Of a stretch of 63,631 bases of DNA, positions 21,001 through 26,453 are shown one piece after another; the stretch's first letter is position 1, and the number at the start of each line of letters is the position of its first letter. The translations under genes and the position numbers were made by a program. The DNA lies in the IMG/VR virus record IMGVR_UViG_3300020367_000003; one strand, 5' to 3'. The notes beneath the pieces were generated by a model that did no database searches, was not told where the DNA came from, and was given only the letters and a program-made list of their open reading frames with translations. The DNA comes from an uncultured virus (IMG/VR IMGVR_UViG_3300020367_000003). Lineage: Duplodnaviria > Heunggongvirae > Uroviricota > Caudoviricetes > Kyanoviridae.

Positions 21001-23200
21001 CTTTTGGATAATAAAGGTCAACATCTTCACCAAAAAGAATTTTGAAGAGGTATTGAGTCGATAATTTAGTACCTTTCGAGATATAGAAGTCGGTAATATT
21101 CTTAATTACCTGAACTGGGTTAATTGACGCAAAATCAATGTCTAAAGTCGGCAAATACTGCCTTCTAAACTTATCGAAGACTTCTTTGATGAATAAAGTG
21201 TCTAAATTGACTACAGCAGCACCTGCATGGTGATCAGACTGTCTTAAATTCGCTTCAGTGGCATATATCTCATTATGAAGGTTATCATACTTAACAGGAC
21301 CAGAAACACCACGAGAACATTGTAAAAAGGCAGAAGAAGAGTATCCACTGCCCTTTTCTAGGATGTCGAATCCAGTTACTTCGTCAAAACCTACATCTAC
21401 CGATGCTCTAGCGGATTTAGGTTCTGCAATATAGATTTGAGGGGGTTCAGACTCGGAATAACCAGTTCCAAAGTTAGTAATGTTGATATCGGTGATTTCA
21501 CCATTAAAAATGGTGGCAACTGCTGTTGCACCAGTACCTCCAATTGGTTCTCCATATCCATCAACCCTTTTGTCAACTATGTAGACTGATGGTGCGTCTG
21601 TATAACCGCTACCACCTGTTAACATCTCAATATTTGTAACACTTCCCGATGCAACCGTTACATCGAGGACTTGAGCACCTATAGGCTCAACAATCTTTAC
21701 TCTAGGAGGTGTAATGTATCCTTTACCCCTATTAACAATGGTAATCTCATATACTTGACCATCTTGGTTGATTTTAGAGACTGCCTGAGCATTGATACCC
21801 CCATCTGGAGCAGCATCAATATAAACTGTAGGTGGATTACTATATCCACTACCCATAGTGATAACAGGGATGCTACCTATGTTAACTCTACCTTCTATGT
21901 CAATAGTAGGTGCACCTATAGTAGCACCAGAAGGATTCTTAAAGGAAATAGCGGGAATAAAGTCATATCCACTACCACTATTAGTAATAGTAACGCTATC
22001 AACTGTTCCAGTTACATCATTAACTGTTAAACTTAGTTGTGCAATGGATCCATTAGGATCTGCAGGTGCTACAACTACTGGGATAGGTGGGTTATAAGAA
22101 GAATACCCTTGTCCACCATCTATAAGGTTAATATCCTTAATACCACCAACTAGGGACTTTGCAGTAGCACTAATACCATCTTTATGGGTTATAGCAACCT
22201 TAGGAGCGAAATCTAGACGATACTTCTTACCACCATCCTTAGGAATGATTGCTTCAATCTGACCTATAGTATCAACTTGAGCAATAGCTGAGGCTCCAGA
22301 CCCATATGCAGGAGCAACATATTCAACAGACCTAATATGGATAAGATCAGCAGCACCGACTGGGTTTTTGAAGATAACCTTGTCTTCAAAGAGGGTATAG
22401 TCGTCTTGAGGAGTTTGTAACCTACCATTCTTGTTAATAATTAAACCAATATCAGAAGTTGGAGTATAAGACTGTCCATTAACTCTTAATGGATAAACTT
22501 GAGTATTCTGCCACTCTTGATATGGGATTTGGTCAGCAGTAACGATTGTTTGGTCTGCATATCCAACCAAATATACTACTTGAGTAAATTCTGAATCATC
22601 TGCACCTGTTCTTGCTCTAGGTGGATTTGTAAATGATATATTAGTGCCATTAACAGTATACTCTGATCCAGGAATCAGCATATCGTTGTATGTCACTACA
22701 ATTAAGTGCTCTGCACTAGGAGGTGCTATAGGAGTACCTAAAAAACTTAATGGGAAGACTCTTTCAACACCATCAAACGATGTGAAGGGGTTTTCTAGTT
22801 GTTGCTTCTTCTTATTAAACTGTGGAAGTGAAATACCAGGTGTAATAATAACATCAGGTCCACGAGTGACTCCCTCGTAGTAAATGATCTCATTATCAAC
22901 CATTATGGATCCATCTCTTGTCTGGAATCCATTAATACTCTCTATTTCTATCTTAGTGTCATCTACCCCAATATCTTTTAACAAGCTCGTGCTACTTGAC
23001 AACTCTTCTGAGGAGTATTTGTCAAGGTCAAGATACCTCATCAAGTTGTTGAGGATATCGTATGGTCTACCAGTTTTTTCCTGTGATTTATAGTATTCAA
23101 ATAGGAAGTTGACTAATTGTCTGTCTTCCTGGCGTATAAATTCAGGTAACTGATTTTCGACCCTATCAGAGACGTTGATATTCTTGGTTATCGGAGTCAT
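1..23200 (-). CDS. gp7: Giant baseplate wedge initiator-like virion protein, >7,700 aa, 3' end beyond left edge
   Basis: ATG at 23200 (MTPITKNINVSDRVENQLPEFIRQE) just after the gp6 stop. Frame spot-checked at 18308, 10994 and 2. The ORF track lists no stop-terminated ORF from this start. Wedge-type motifs IKNITDFYISKGT..LFKILFGE (~21030-21110) and IQDSFFYQNFSYVV..HPAGF (~12490-12600). Confidence 0.85.
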   Translation of the reverse strand, partial: MTPITKNINVSDRVENQLPEFIRQEDRQLVNFLFEYYKSQEKTGRPYDILNNLMRYLDLDKYSSEELSSSTSLLKDIGVDDTKIEIESINGFQTRDGSIMVDNEIIYYEGVTRGPDVIITPGISLPQFNKKKQQLENPFTSFDGVERVFPLSFLGTPIAPPSAEHLIVVTYNDMLIPGSEYTVNGTNISFTNPPRARTGADDSEFTQVVYLVGYADQTIVTADQIPYQEWQNTQVYPLRVNGQSYTPTSDIGLIINKNGRLQTPQDDYTLFEDKVIFKNPVGAADLIHIRSVEYVAPAYGSGASAIAQVDTIGQIEAIIPKDGGKKYRLDFAPKVAITHKDGISATAKSLVGGIKDINLIDGGQGYSSYNPPIPVVVAPADPNGSIAQLSLTVNDVTGTVDSVTITNSGSGYDFIPAISFKNPSGATIGAPTIDIEGRVNIGSIPVITMGSGYSNPPTVYIDAAPDGGINAQAVSKINQDGQVYEITIVNRGKGYITPPRVKIVEPIGAQVLDVTVASGSVTNIEMLTGGSGYTDAPSVYIVDKRVDGYGEPIGGTGATAVATIFNGEITDINITNFGTGYSESEPPQIYIAEPKSARASVDVGFDEVTGFDILEKGSGYSSSAFLQCSRGVSGPVKYDNLHNEIYATEANLRQSDHHAGAAVVNLDTLFIKEVFDKFRRQYLPTLDIDFASINPVQVIKNITDFYISKGTKLSTQYLFKILFGEDVDLYYPKDEIISPSHATWVVDTVLRAELMEGDPNNLIDSQVNQYADDVDPNVTAASALIENVITIIEGTDTIYELAISEETLVGSFIIPYKTRLVEPLTTTGQIITVDSTIGWPERNGTIRINDEEEVQYKEKSLNQFIECTRSKNGIVEDWDPGTIIQSDIYVWTNFGTAQQCKLRILGIAEAGTTVLNDTGSYYLQGDKLKVANLGSTAEELRLQSWLYNVKKLIQVTTITPGGVNNQTATVVCGNPHGLLVSDQVTIYGANPVVYNGTFTVTSRIDQFTFSYQIATPTEIIPTGNILLSVDLNRGKSDVVSINKVVSEFTTNIQNAFFNDNYVYVAASGLPNYKIGPFTGSALIPGNQRKLLRFPRTVQTVSERQAVAPGTPIGSWVNGVSIWSYKSPDYIQYGPLTSVSVTSVGEGYDAGAKPNVEITGGGGTGATAEVIVNGSLSSFDVIEQGSGYTESPLVSIVGGGGIGATAQAVITGGRVTRILVEQPGSGYTTQPLVSITGGGGTGATATASVRGPISSVSITNFGSGYTSLPDIKVNSGENALAQPIVLNGRIVSIAIINSGNSYTTAPNVIINGDGFGAIAKATIGTIGEDKGRVLSVSITNRGIGYTQGLTTVRLEAVGQLASFQPTVYQWNRNLQYELVDKFDGASGYVFTGFNNQFGGEYAHLSDPKELRYVVGDNVFLNPVTQNFQEVASNYDHSPIIGWAFDGNPIYGPYGYIDPTDQNSGIRRMRTSFKLKTNVVFDATTNPNPSRVDGPPISTYAAGTFVDDYYYDFQSGDLDQYNGRFCKTPDYPDGTYAYFVTIDASDAGIAEFPYIVGPQFNSLPDSWNMNQAATQENIPDGVVRYRDPYTDVDIDIDRQPNQTADVFTTEIEGYPIIFEIQDSNNDGLIDANEQQELLEMSEEATLQIYDYFPRVSAESRVDIEVETTTQFENAQIDGFVVENPGVSYQVNDTIFFDNEGTGGFGASALIESVKGQNIIGYQKEMIGDRPYGVITTDIEHELRQQDEIIVNSRPVIDNTNKTFRVKVVAGVENIAITQSGTGYNTDIPPTFELITASGQDAELSLVLENTGQVNAVNIINSGNGYDSDNPPQIRVSHPQQFKKTRYWLAEYQEATGIVSINDIVTTEERYTYICGSITETDGDMAAFLAKFDDLGQLVWERNLLPQNAGQKKAEFIKILVDAVPENDLIYVVGHTYDPNNSAYNPDIWLGKYESGFNNANAPDGILKWQKAIAGISGTTRRDWVTSLALDQEGRIYLAGYTDSNSIDPNDMWIIQCNLDGDLVEKRKIASATDSEMINQIQWISDDRFFMVGQNDENDDCIFGVFWFDGANLEIEYIRQIPTIGGYVRNPKFTIDEYDDVILVWDVYNGAAQKYDKVQINKFPLSTASTSWTWSKTVTISGDIDAIRHAGVNVDKFGNYTLVTDVIEDQNQRYAIYHYIKYDGNVIKESKVDDTTSIGFQAITHSVDNSGDVIMVINRQQSDQIAAYRFNDDTDLDYDFTKQNKAAMTFYSPSDASYDSSFYKYGTGALKLSAVNPVSLPNLNLESKEWSFRAWLSMNSTAHSTDHKPLLWDILPVAGDSIQVELDGDTNSANYEKVIIYVNSVQVATSLLATNWTAFAGASWVHVTFQKREESLGLYQYEVFINGALVCNFQSTSDISVGSAVLCGKSAGPTSNNTFIGWVDDYVIDDVAPYLSAYSVPSAEIEITTSNSDSALVKFDREHTKRGSYALSGLDNYTQLDFTDNEITTTWVDVGLSAISPWIVGAGGLQILDMSQVVSNLNPGTYTFTANKFEYGTKTSTIPSPLGKKLIIEPEVISKFYIRDALYQKIDNVMEFTFSQDIKLTKGSILQQFNSSGVTQAYGTIVKVPEGTLLNPGYGNKYQVGKIYGTFNNTDRYRTVANDINQIEGTYFNTEEEESPWQANTAYTAGDRVYADKKIYEVQATGTSGTISLSHTSGVASDGLLNWAFIDDAGKFTVDLTQHPYPRPQWVGMDMPEWLPDRLYVEGQRVWWKLNVYEVAVGGAGVAGTNAPVHDTGDASDGGVTWTHVSTEEAISVYSRLMGYDMGNNYTVQIMEVHPGSVYIPDDVVSLNAGNITLAEDEKSVEISGFASVKKIQVTARLEKDIIRTNAVRTEFVYCTSNTAHMFKAGDILFTEGFSTAQFNGSFFIDQVIGTREFTFAIRATASSDPAFINNALGGVNIYAKHPTLEFTRNHQYVFDLSDSSNFGYYLSFSQDNQYKLEYSFNNIERNGTPGIATTPAPTVQFSVLGEVTNISYYFDPSRTGADSPVGTNSFIDVIKTPFDGRFTISEVPTDTSFKFPLLKEPERTNAEVGEDYLGNDYSYYSTTSVRAVGPINTIQLVSPGGFYQKLPIISDIASFRQIEKCVVVDGGTEYAPGVYYDVPIAGDGEGAKCTVTVEVDEEIGSGTITGCAVTDPGKGYTTASIDIDAIPGILGATLAGSGGSVNVVIPSEGSGASVFLTGTNIGKIKRLKNNEFGFGYSHDYTLKPEITFPVNLQLFNTSILSQITITDPGSGYSSTPAVVIEGGGGSGAEAEAIIKNNRLSEIIIKNPGAGYSSEPTVTLKSEFNYVVNLDLNYLQFNFPHGITSGAEVTFRAENVGSTTGELPKPSTAGLTSLVANQVYYAIAGTAAGLEPDQLRFGLTKASALAGSYITFLTQGSGRQVLLTEVFGGKATAVVETSRFLEGEDVYQGSNVETATAMGTVSTNTGWQIGPKILKIVDYTGDWAVGESVTGTISKASGVIDNFSIARGVLNIGSLTKTPGRFIDDVGKPSEIVQKIQDSFFYQNFSYVVQSQIPITEWKSQVLENNHPAGFNMFGQLQLTGGKDVSGRKIGTEFTKKVNINNYSNVNQITSFGAAQPIYTDYNNTEVLFRKKRLTSSEEILTSIVKKLDNFEDQFDGIKKAFPITVEGEQVIVKQDQLMITLNGVIQAPGISYQVVGGDLVFSEPPRPPSKVNYRIIGVTPTPIYRIALYSPGGNANYGIFPTIGQQVQGEFSDAVGTVIDSGTNHIDVINIVGGPFQLNEEIVRGEIFSALVETVTQVNSDTIFEFGEAITNLEGDTAYVEETNVDTDGNVTDRLVVSKTSGTPRFETGIYDLRLNEYIYSASSKIAGQITYTAPYSDPINDEVVDELIINRGTTFFGLLFERLLSLTNPNIILDNISQSSITPTKLYDSSNRINADFLDFEEVRTTEVTYSQLANGAFADGDIIRNKKTFYGNPISVFHGNAANRFLDGGRNIANNKQEIIDFAEASIAIDYPDYYFPSDVITNAWSRFKDAYRMIQKNKALIVGMAFDDMKTQFPSSSIPSDAKCKRDIEYFVDAVSIDMYAGGNRYTRKFCQQYFNEAGSFTYINAQATETKWAYEKARDRMKVAIANGYSGTISAANSGDSWVAYQDLTITADPSPTNPYGTAGTNTSNTDSDNCTDVQSAIETLHEIVDETLTNGSLTELPVESGGTYSPHQEKCRRDLGYFIDAISNDLKTGGNYQTVLFTRSFFDASGTPLTNGIVGEEAEAVHAFTTAGTLMHRAINNLMYWKDLSGVGYNLNDPTTYSGGVAPANTYDANYASGNNQDINNCANVKSYIDTLKAIATTAMTAGNLTNVNNLASITDGTFQDGETIRTTKFAYKNRSRGLFALGDTIKGITSGAVFEAIGANAGLKWIFASNVTGTFQDEEWITNSTLTATNCTQSVIVKKAELVGDKSVYKPSNGLLTQTASEDFAFGTGDFTIQSWIRPAANVGTQYLFDFRRLSAAQGLNIRMDGQGLKVYNGTTLMVSGSGDFATTGTWYHIAIVRNSGVTQAYVNGAQIGSNYVDTNDYLYNAPHIGSDFNQSSHWTGHIDNLCIKKGVCDFITGFTPPTQVDFAEDNIVLGIDGEGPFIASTTEVWATYTGQRTSSTTAKRVDYDGLALIASDIDTGRKELRDCAEIIDLNGAWIAEEAVGRMKAAFVDFTIRGDDPGNNSYGGTNLCIRDTKDYILGALIKDLQEGGDFHTIYTARTYLTTSGKLDHITDEILQSLYTWNEVFKLCETVITTTSTDLSGEYSTRLRIPNNFSSPASSTVTDEIKLLGDNLLKVVAPNDQRFREGGFQLWKNRDYIAEEVAGYIQNKYQQEINEVTYDFLEMPGYGQPYCERDIKQFILPAVMADLVTGGTYQTEAVIDKYLDSQNKVIHVDEELNPMLDAFEYCKMLCMKAVNNLLLSSGEAAAELGVPTWVQEEYYAPQWTARAAYRDDTIVLDTEGYPQAGTRQNNDRYLDAADLIWKNRHVIAKECVSTMNDLSKYENLNIPGGHVNCEDDVLDMIEAMVHDLRFDCNEKTYDAAALYIETENNSLKHIEGEWEASITVVKILRDITSLIMRNAFGRDYEEGGSPDQKPVESYEQNPRIDLYKNCGDAIDGNIRYIAEQAVAAGLVQFPNLNIPGGPINCVHDVTDILRALVFNIKYGGNNWLQYSTEFYATYSGNLDHVTNAPTETNWIMNKARDFAIRAMKGQIITNEAGHVVDQRFYDAVPRPTTTMVTTSVLTGAPVTDNYNNLVTRSFKFGEDKISTTDTGTGIIPDEDAVFSVVTKLPSSPIDCCLFEAGGGTSGVWFGIRDGGTWLRLRAGNGTNSYTSGASYTADTGLAMLDLQISNLTQYFDDGDHELVWQIVIGGNQTTGAGSVTLWIDGQQIGQATTPGGGWTGLTGASGLFANTQWAGFGVSNGSLVAGEAATINTFTVNVGPAPTIAYDITAADYDSSTGDLILNVGNHNHTPGTFLRLISNSLTFTCDQDNHASNHTYPRSGDPAGNTAVEVLDVGRTEHTATAASYDPNSGIMNMTIEQHGMTASTSHTAKDAAYDPDSGVLTITLDDHGFKTGDQVKIHNGSLIFTCAQDNHATKHGYPRQKDPAGDQWLLIEEVTPNTFKVNVGATPKVEYNVSDAVYDQNDGELTLDIGQHRFVGASNHVATFAEYNADKGTLKLTVSGHGVIVGDQIQIMENSMTFTCSMDNHYTNHVYPRSTDPCVGQWLDVVESDIPGGTFTVNVGQSPIVGWDPSDATYNSETGHLTLEIGNHSLAVGTHVKLSQESLNFTCSMDDHATIHSYPRDTDPTHNEPIQILATTATSITVPVGTTPTVQYTPTNATFTPADGLLELTLDRKHTFRPATIHNISGGEYNGSTGMMRVTVADHGFSNGDFVKIADGGITFSCTMDGNASNHAYPRASDPYSNKWLAVRNASKDSFDVYVGRTPELPFTITDATFVPSTGHMRVWIGDHDLVAGDYVRMTEESIGFTCLLDNNISKKYYPRSSGSNYVGNGGADPFWNKRIQIAYAGMPLTATTGTSYNPTTGVMSISTDAPHGMSDGDEVKIATDSLVFTCLEDNNQTNHTYPRATDPFNDRWMRVSNTSTYTFDVQVLSYAPSTNSTTHTFVQANVNGITKKDGTITLDVGASSDTTAHTYTATPGLTPTAITHNPVTGIMDITVEGHKLMAGDFIKIADNSLTFTCAMDNHASDHVYPRPADPASGSWLKVLTATTDTFTVQVLKDIPQSNTTTHLFKSAVAECITKSVIKTGGVYDHTYVTSSVGALRHAGDSVRLAPDALTFRCDADGQASDHVYPRSATTQHTPSDVVYNPNTGNLKFTVNNHGFLPHSYVKIADNSLTFTCAKDDNATGHLYPRPTDPVSGKWVMINDVSANTFTVEVLDVIPSTNTTVHTFVSATSNCITHKKDHFYDTNIPIYEVGMTSSTPSNVSYNPTLGEMVVTVNNTLTGCNKITPDSATYYPATGILRIQMNGHPVKNGQMVWLQDGAFTFRCDEDGQASDHAYPRPSDPASNKFLKAFNVGTNTIDVNVGYFEGQGAISNQTTHVFQSGAMNGVWHANSYVMFEENAVTFQCTKDNNATNHSYPRPSDPSWNKWLPVFNTSSGQFSVKVGKSGINDIYDHTFVSFATDGLKTQTGTIKLDVGNGQITNPTTHVFQSANANSLIGGGEYTHDFKSTNSTYTVTDANYLPATGIMTLTIPNHGFQDGESIKISNDSLVFTCLQDAGGSEHSYPRYTDPVADKWIKIHNCTDDTFDVQVLENIPSTNQTLHTFKRASANGVTRAVLATGGNYTHKFIAPAQLTPTNAVYDPSTGVMTVTVTKHGLKNGTRIKVEDGFVTFTCGQDSNQTNHSYPRASDPFSDEWMKVSNVTTDTFDIQVLFNIPSTNTTPHTFVSGKPKSITVATLMKGNDSIKIADNGLTFTCSKDGNSTEHTYPRPNVDPSWNNSLRIVDDGVSRHTPTDASYTATTGVLTLTVPNHGWSNGQYIRLEDYALDLTCTMDDGSENHAYPRGTDPISNKWLEISNVTASTFDINVGTTPSVQYTPADASYDPYSGHMELNIGAHPLKVGQSVKLADGAVTFSCDMDMNASNHAYPRTTVDTFTPTAGAYDGTTGYLTLTLNGHGFDNGSLIKIADNALTATCEMDGNSSGKTYPRSTDPISGKWKPVENATENTFDIFVGKTEFKSFDPQQVDYNPATGNMVITVGPDHGITTAHSVYINRESMCFTCAQDGHGSDHFYPRPNGSGGASGDDPAYQEAVAVTAVDDSTITVNVNPSPSGASNHAHIFKPAVGLTPQNVTYSGVSGVMTVTYASHGMITGEQIMFEDNSLIFTCGKDDHATEHAYPRHGDPASNRWLTITRIDDNRFTVKVLDETPSTNTSAHTFKYAKAGAMKRGSIRAGGSFTHTFTTFASGGVSHKRDRAYDHSIEIKKVGHGEYTATGATYNAETGVLQLTINGHPFANGNMIKLKPNSLIMTCDMDNNATKHSYPRKTDFAYDRWLEISNKQTNTIDVNVGKTPRANYLVSAATFDPTSGDMELTIGKHGYHGGTTHTVTNGTYDAITGKMVITVPDHGFIIGDRVKFVDNSISFKCGMDGYDVVKSYPRPTDPAHNTWLEIDDITLHTFSINVGTSPKTTHNVTNANYNPTSGVMELTIGSHNLDVGDSIKLKPNSLTFTCDYNGDGQTT
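200..6800 (-). repeat. ~22 degenerate protein-level repeats, core FTCxxDx(H/N)xxxHxYPRxxDP
   Basis: YPR cores counted by eye near 250, 590, 1020, 1335, 1595, 1770, 2030, 2250, 2495, 2855, 3297, 3537, 3983, 4160, 4460, 4842, 5095, 5350, 5695, 5955, 6298, 6603. Confidence 0.85.
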
Positions 23201-23206
23201 TTATTC

Positions 23207-25306
23207 TTAGAAACAGGAGTCGCTGACTGGATACGTGAACGTATCAGTTGGATAATCGATAATATTTATGCCCCCAATATCACCGAAATTGAAACCATTA
23301 AAGTTGTTAGGATCGAAGGTGGGGATTGCAGTATCGTTGATTGTATAGTCAATAGGATTGACTGATGGGTTAAAGATTGTTGGATCTACACCTGGTGGGA
23401 TATTAATTGATCCACCAGCTGGTAATACTTGAATTGGAAGTCTTTCAGTATCATCTGGAGTGCCTTGTATTGCAATCGGTCCAACACAGACTATTCCATT
23501 CGCATAATCTACACTTCCAACGGAAGGATTGAGTATCAATTCAGTCTCATCTCTAGTAGTAACTAGAATAAGGTTTCCTGATCCATCATCTCTTATATTT
23601 ACTGGGACTAACACCTGATTTGTTACATTTGTGCTTAAACCAGGAGTTGATATAGCAGCAGCAGTAGCACCATCACTTAAAGTGAGGTTTACAAGGTCTT
23701 CTGTGTAGCCTGTGGCATAAAATGTACCAGATTTAGCAACAGAGAAGGAAGGTTTACAGGAAACACCTGTATTATCACCATCTCCTCCATCTGGATTGCC
23801 AGAATAGTTAGATGGGTTATAAAGTGGGTTACCAAAATCAAGACATTGGGTAAATACGTTACCAAAAGTGAATTTATCGAGATTTTGACCTAAAGTCATC
23901 TGTGTAACGTTACCTGCAATGGAGGTATCGCTATTATCAAGCATTGCACCAAATTTAGAGCCGTCTATACGTCCTCCAAACCTGTTATTCTGTCCATTTC
24001 TGTTATAAGCATCAATAGACTGTAAAACTTTAGTGCCAAGTTGCGATCCAGTAAGTCCAGTCTCGTTTCCGTTGTAATAAACGTAAGATTTTGGAATAAC
24101 GTAGAAAGAAGTTGGGTCAATGATGACTGGTTCAATAGAAGCGACTGAATATTTCTTCAAATCGTTTTTTATCTTCTGTTTTGTTGTCTCATTAAGCTTA
24201 TTTCCTGTTTTTGGTCGTATAGCGACATAAACTTTACCATAAACAGGTGGATTTAACTTCTCACCACCATAAGCAGTCACTGAAGCTGCTTGTGGATAGA
24301 TTTCAGAGACGATATGCTCATAATCTGTTTCAGTAACTGCCCTGTTTTGGGTTGCATATGCCCTAGGTGCTCTAAACTTAACCGAAAGTGCGGTTTCGTG
24401 CTCTTCACCGTCCTGTGCAGCGTCTTTGGTGACCAATGTGATGGCAGAAGGGTTAATTGGTCTACCATCTGAGTCGTTTATATAACCAATATAGTCAAAA
24501 TTCTTACATCCATTAGCCTCAACACCATTTGTTACCACATAGGTGAGGGTAAGGTATTCTCCATCGATTAATTTACGTCCAATAACCCCATCACCGAAGA
24601 CTAAACGGTATCTAAGGTCATCTGCCTCTTCCAAATAGTAAATCCTTGAGGTAGCATCAGTAGATGTGATGTTTGCTGCCTGACTATAGGTGTCAGTTTC
24701 AGAGGATTGAGCATTTGGAGATACATCTACTCTCAAAAGAGAGGTATCAACGTTTTCAGCAGGTATTACATAGTCCTGCTTGACTGTATAATCAACTGTA
24801 TAGTTGTATGTTAGCAGATTTCCCTGATATACCAATACATTATCGAAGGTTGCCTTTCCAGTAGATGAATCTACCGCAACTTTGATGTCTTCTGTCAATG
24901 CAAAGGTAAAAGTATCAGCCTCATTCTCTGCTACAAACACATCACCTTTATGTAATGTGCAAAATTCTGGGAATGTAGTGCCATTTAGAGATGTTGTTGT
25001 CTGTGCAACCAATCTCAAGCATGCTCTAGCTGCTTTTATAGACCTTGGAGTGTAATTTAACTGCTTTGCTATCCTTACAATGTTATCTCTAACAGTAGCA
25101 GTCTCCAAAAATGCCTCATTTAATGCCATATTAGCATTAAAGGCAGTATAATAAGTGTTATAAGCAAGAATATCTATCAAATATGACGCAGAACTACCTT
25201 CAAAGTCGTAGTCTGTGAATTCTTTACGAGTTCTAAGGTAAGATCTGATAGATTCTTTGATTTCAAAGAAGTCTAACGACGTTAATTGTGATGGAATAGC
25301 GGACAT
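23207..25306 (-). CDS. gp6: Baseplate wedge subunit gp6
   Basis: LDFFEIKESIRSYLR..FTDYDFEGS..LIDILAYNTYY and QNRAVTETDYE motifs; position between gp25 and gp7. Confidence 0.93.
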   Translation of the reverse strand: MSAIPSQLTSLDFFEIKESIRSYLRTRKEFTDYDFEGSSASYLIDILAYNTYYTAFNANMALNEAFLETATVRDNIVRIAKQLNYTPRSIKAARACLRLVAQTTTSLNGTTFPEFCTLHKGDVFVAENEADTFTFALTEDIKVAVDSSTGKATFDNVLVYQGNLLTYNYTVDYTVKQDYVIPAENVDTSLLRVDVSPNAQSSETDTYSQAANITSTDATSRIYYLEEADDLRYRLVFGDGVIGRKLIDGEYLTLTYVVTNGVEANGCKNFDYIGYINDSDGRPINPSAITLVTKDAAQDGEEHETALSVKFRAPRAYATQNRAVTETDYEHIVSEIYPQAASVTAYGGEKLNPPVYGKVYVAIRPKTGNKLNETTKQKIKNDLKKYSVASIEPVIIDPTSFYVIPKSYVYYNGNETGLTGSQLGTKVLQSIDAYNRNGQNNRFGGRIDGSKFGAMLDNSDTSIAGNVTQMTLGQNLDKFTFGNVFTQCLDFGNPLYNPSNYSGNPDGGDGDNTGVSCKPSFSVAKSGTFYATGYTEDLVNLTLSDGATAAAISTPGLSTNVTNQVLVPVNIRDDGSGNLILVTTRDETELILNPSVGSVDYANGIVCVGPIAIQGTPDDTERLPIQVLPAGGSINIPPGVDPTIFNPSVNPIDYTINDTAIPTFDPNNFNGFNFGDIGGINIIDYPTDTFTYPVSDSCF

Positions 25307-25719
25307 TATGCTCTCTCTAAGAGAAATTCGACGTTTTGTATTTCTTCTTGACCCACGATAGTGTAGTCAATACCAACCTGGATGGAATTTATATCAGAAT
25401 CATCCCTTAACTTAATTTGGTTAACTTCGATTCTTGGTTCTAATCTATCCAGAGCATTACGAATTTCACTTTTCATACTATCAGCACTAAATGGATCCCA
25501 AGGCTCAAACAATAGTGCTTTAACCCTAGACCCAATTTCATATTGAAAAGGTCTTTCACCAAACATTGTTAATATGATGTTTCGGACAGACTGTTTTATA
25601 GCGTTTTCATTTTTGACCACACCAAAATCTCCTGTAGAAGGGTTTGGTTTAAAAGAGACTGCTAAATCCTTAAACCCTCTACTGATATATTTTTCAGATC
25701 TGAACCTATACGATGGCAT
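25306..25719 (-). CDS. gp25: Baseplate wedge subunit gp25 (GPW/gp25 family)
   Basis: AIKQSVRNIILTMFGERPF..IGS..EPRIEV motif; ATG at 25719 preferred over the track's TTG at 25740. Confidence 0.9.
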   Translation of the reverse strand: MPSYRFRSEKYISRGFKDLAVSFKPNPSTGDFGVVKNENAIKQSVRNIILTMFGERPFQYEIGSRVKALLFEPWDPFSADSMKSEIRNALDRLEPRIEVNQIKLRDDSDINSIQVGIDYTIVGQEEIQNVEFLLERA

Positions 25720-25746
25720 ATTACCTATATTTAGTGCCAATATGTT

Positions 25747-25754
25747 TATTTATA
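25747..25754 (-). promoter_or_regulatory. T4-type late promoter TATAAATA
   Basis: Exact consensus immediately upstream of gp25. Confidence 0.75.
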
Positions 25755-25765
25755 GGGTTTCCCGA

Positions 25766-25903
25766 CTATTTTCCTTGACCCCTATATTTTTTTCTTGCTC
25801 CATTACGAGAAGTAGCACTCAATTTTGTGTTTTTCGAGTTTCCTTGTCTTGTTTTCTTTGCAGGAGGAGTAATATATCCACCAGTTGACGAGTATAATGC
25901 CAT
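25766..25903 (-). CDS. Small basic hypothetical protein, 45 aa
   Basis: MALYSSTGGYITPPAKKTRQGNSKNTKLSATSRNGARKKYRGQGK; fills the intergenic gap; below track length cutoff. Confidence 0.75.
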   Translation of the reverse strand: MALYSSTGGYITPPAKKTRQGNSKNTKLSATSRNGARKKYRGQGK

Positions 25904-25919
25904 AATTTAAAATAAACTA

Positions 25920-26453
25920 CTATGATGCTAACACAGTTGCATGCCCAAATGCAACCACAGATGAACAAGGGTAACTAAACCCTGAGAATCCAACTCCTAA
26001 CGGATCCAGAATCCTACCTATAGGTCGCTTCAATGCAAATACAGTAAAGGTCGTTGCCATACAGATTCTAGTATGACCGACTCCTCCACCATCTTCGATT
26101 GTAAGGACGCTACAAGGGATTGGAGTGGGCGTTGGACACATTGCCTTACCACAAGGACATATGTACACAATTATATTGGTACACACAGCAATGTGTGGTA
26201 TGAATGTATCACCCAATAACATGATGGGAATACGATTCACTAACACTGTAGCACGTAATGGTGTAACAGGGAAGAAGGGAACCGTAGGGTGCGGAGGCCA
26301 CCAACATGTAAATTCCTTAATCACAATAGAATAAGGAATAGGAGGACTACCACAACTCTGTACAGAGTGTATAGTAGAAGGCAAACAAAGTCCGTGACCA
26401 CTGCAAGGTAGTCCGTTAAGTGATGCAACTGGTTTTAAAAATCCAAATGCCAT
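25920..26453 (-). CDS. PAAR-like spike tip protein (gp5.4-like), Cys-rich
   Basis: CSGHG, TVLVNRIP, GHTR, TVFALKRPIGRILDPLG..C..GHATVLA pattern; baseplate context. Confidence 0.65.
   Translation of the reverse strand: MAFGFLKPVASLNGLPCSGHGLCLPSTIHSVQSCGSPPIPYSIVIKEFTCWWPPHPTVPFFPVTPLRATVLVNRIPIMLLGDTFIPHIAVCTNIIVYICPCGKAMCPTPTPIPCSVLTIEDGGGVGHTRICMATTFTVFALKRPIGRILDPLGVGFSGFSYPCSSVVAFGHATVLAS

Noticed and set aside
1503..23093. Short ORFs listed by the track in 1.5-23 kb
   Set aside because: They are antisense or off-frame shadows of the giant minus-strand ORF, with no recognisable motifs
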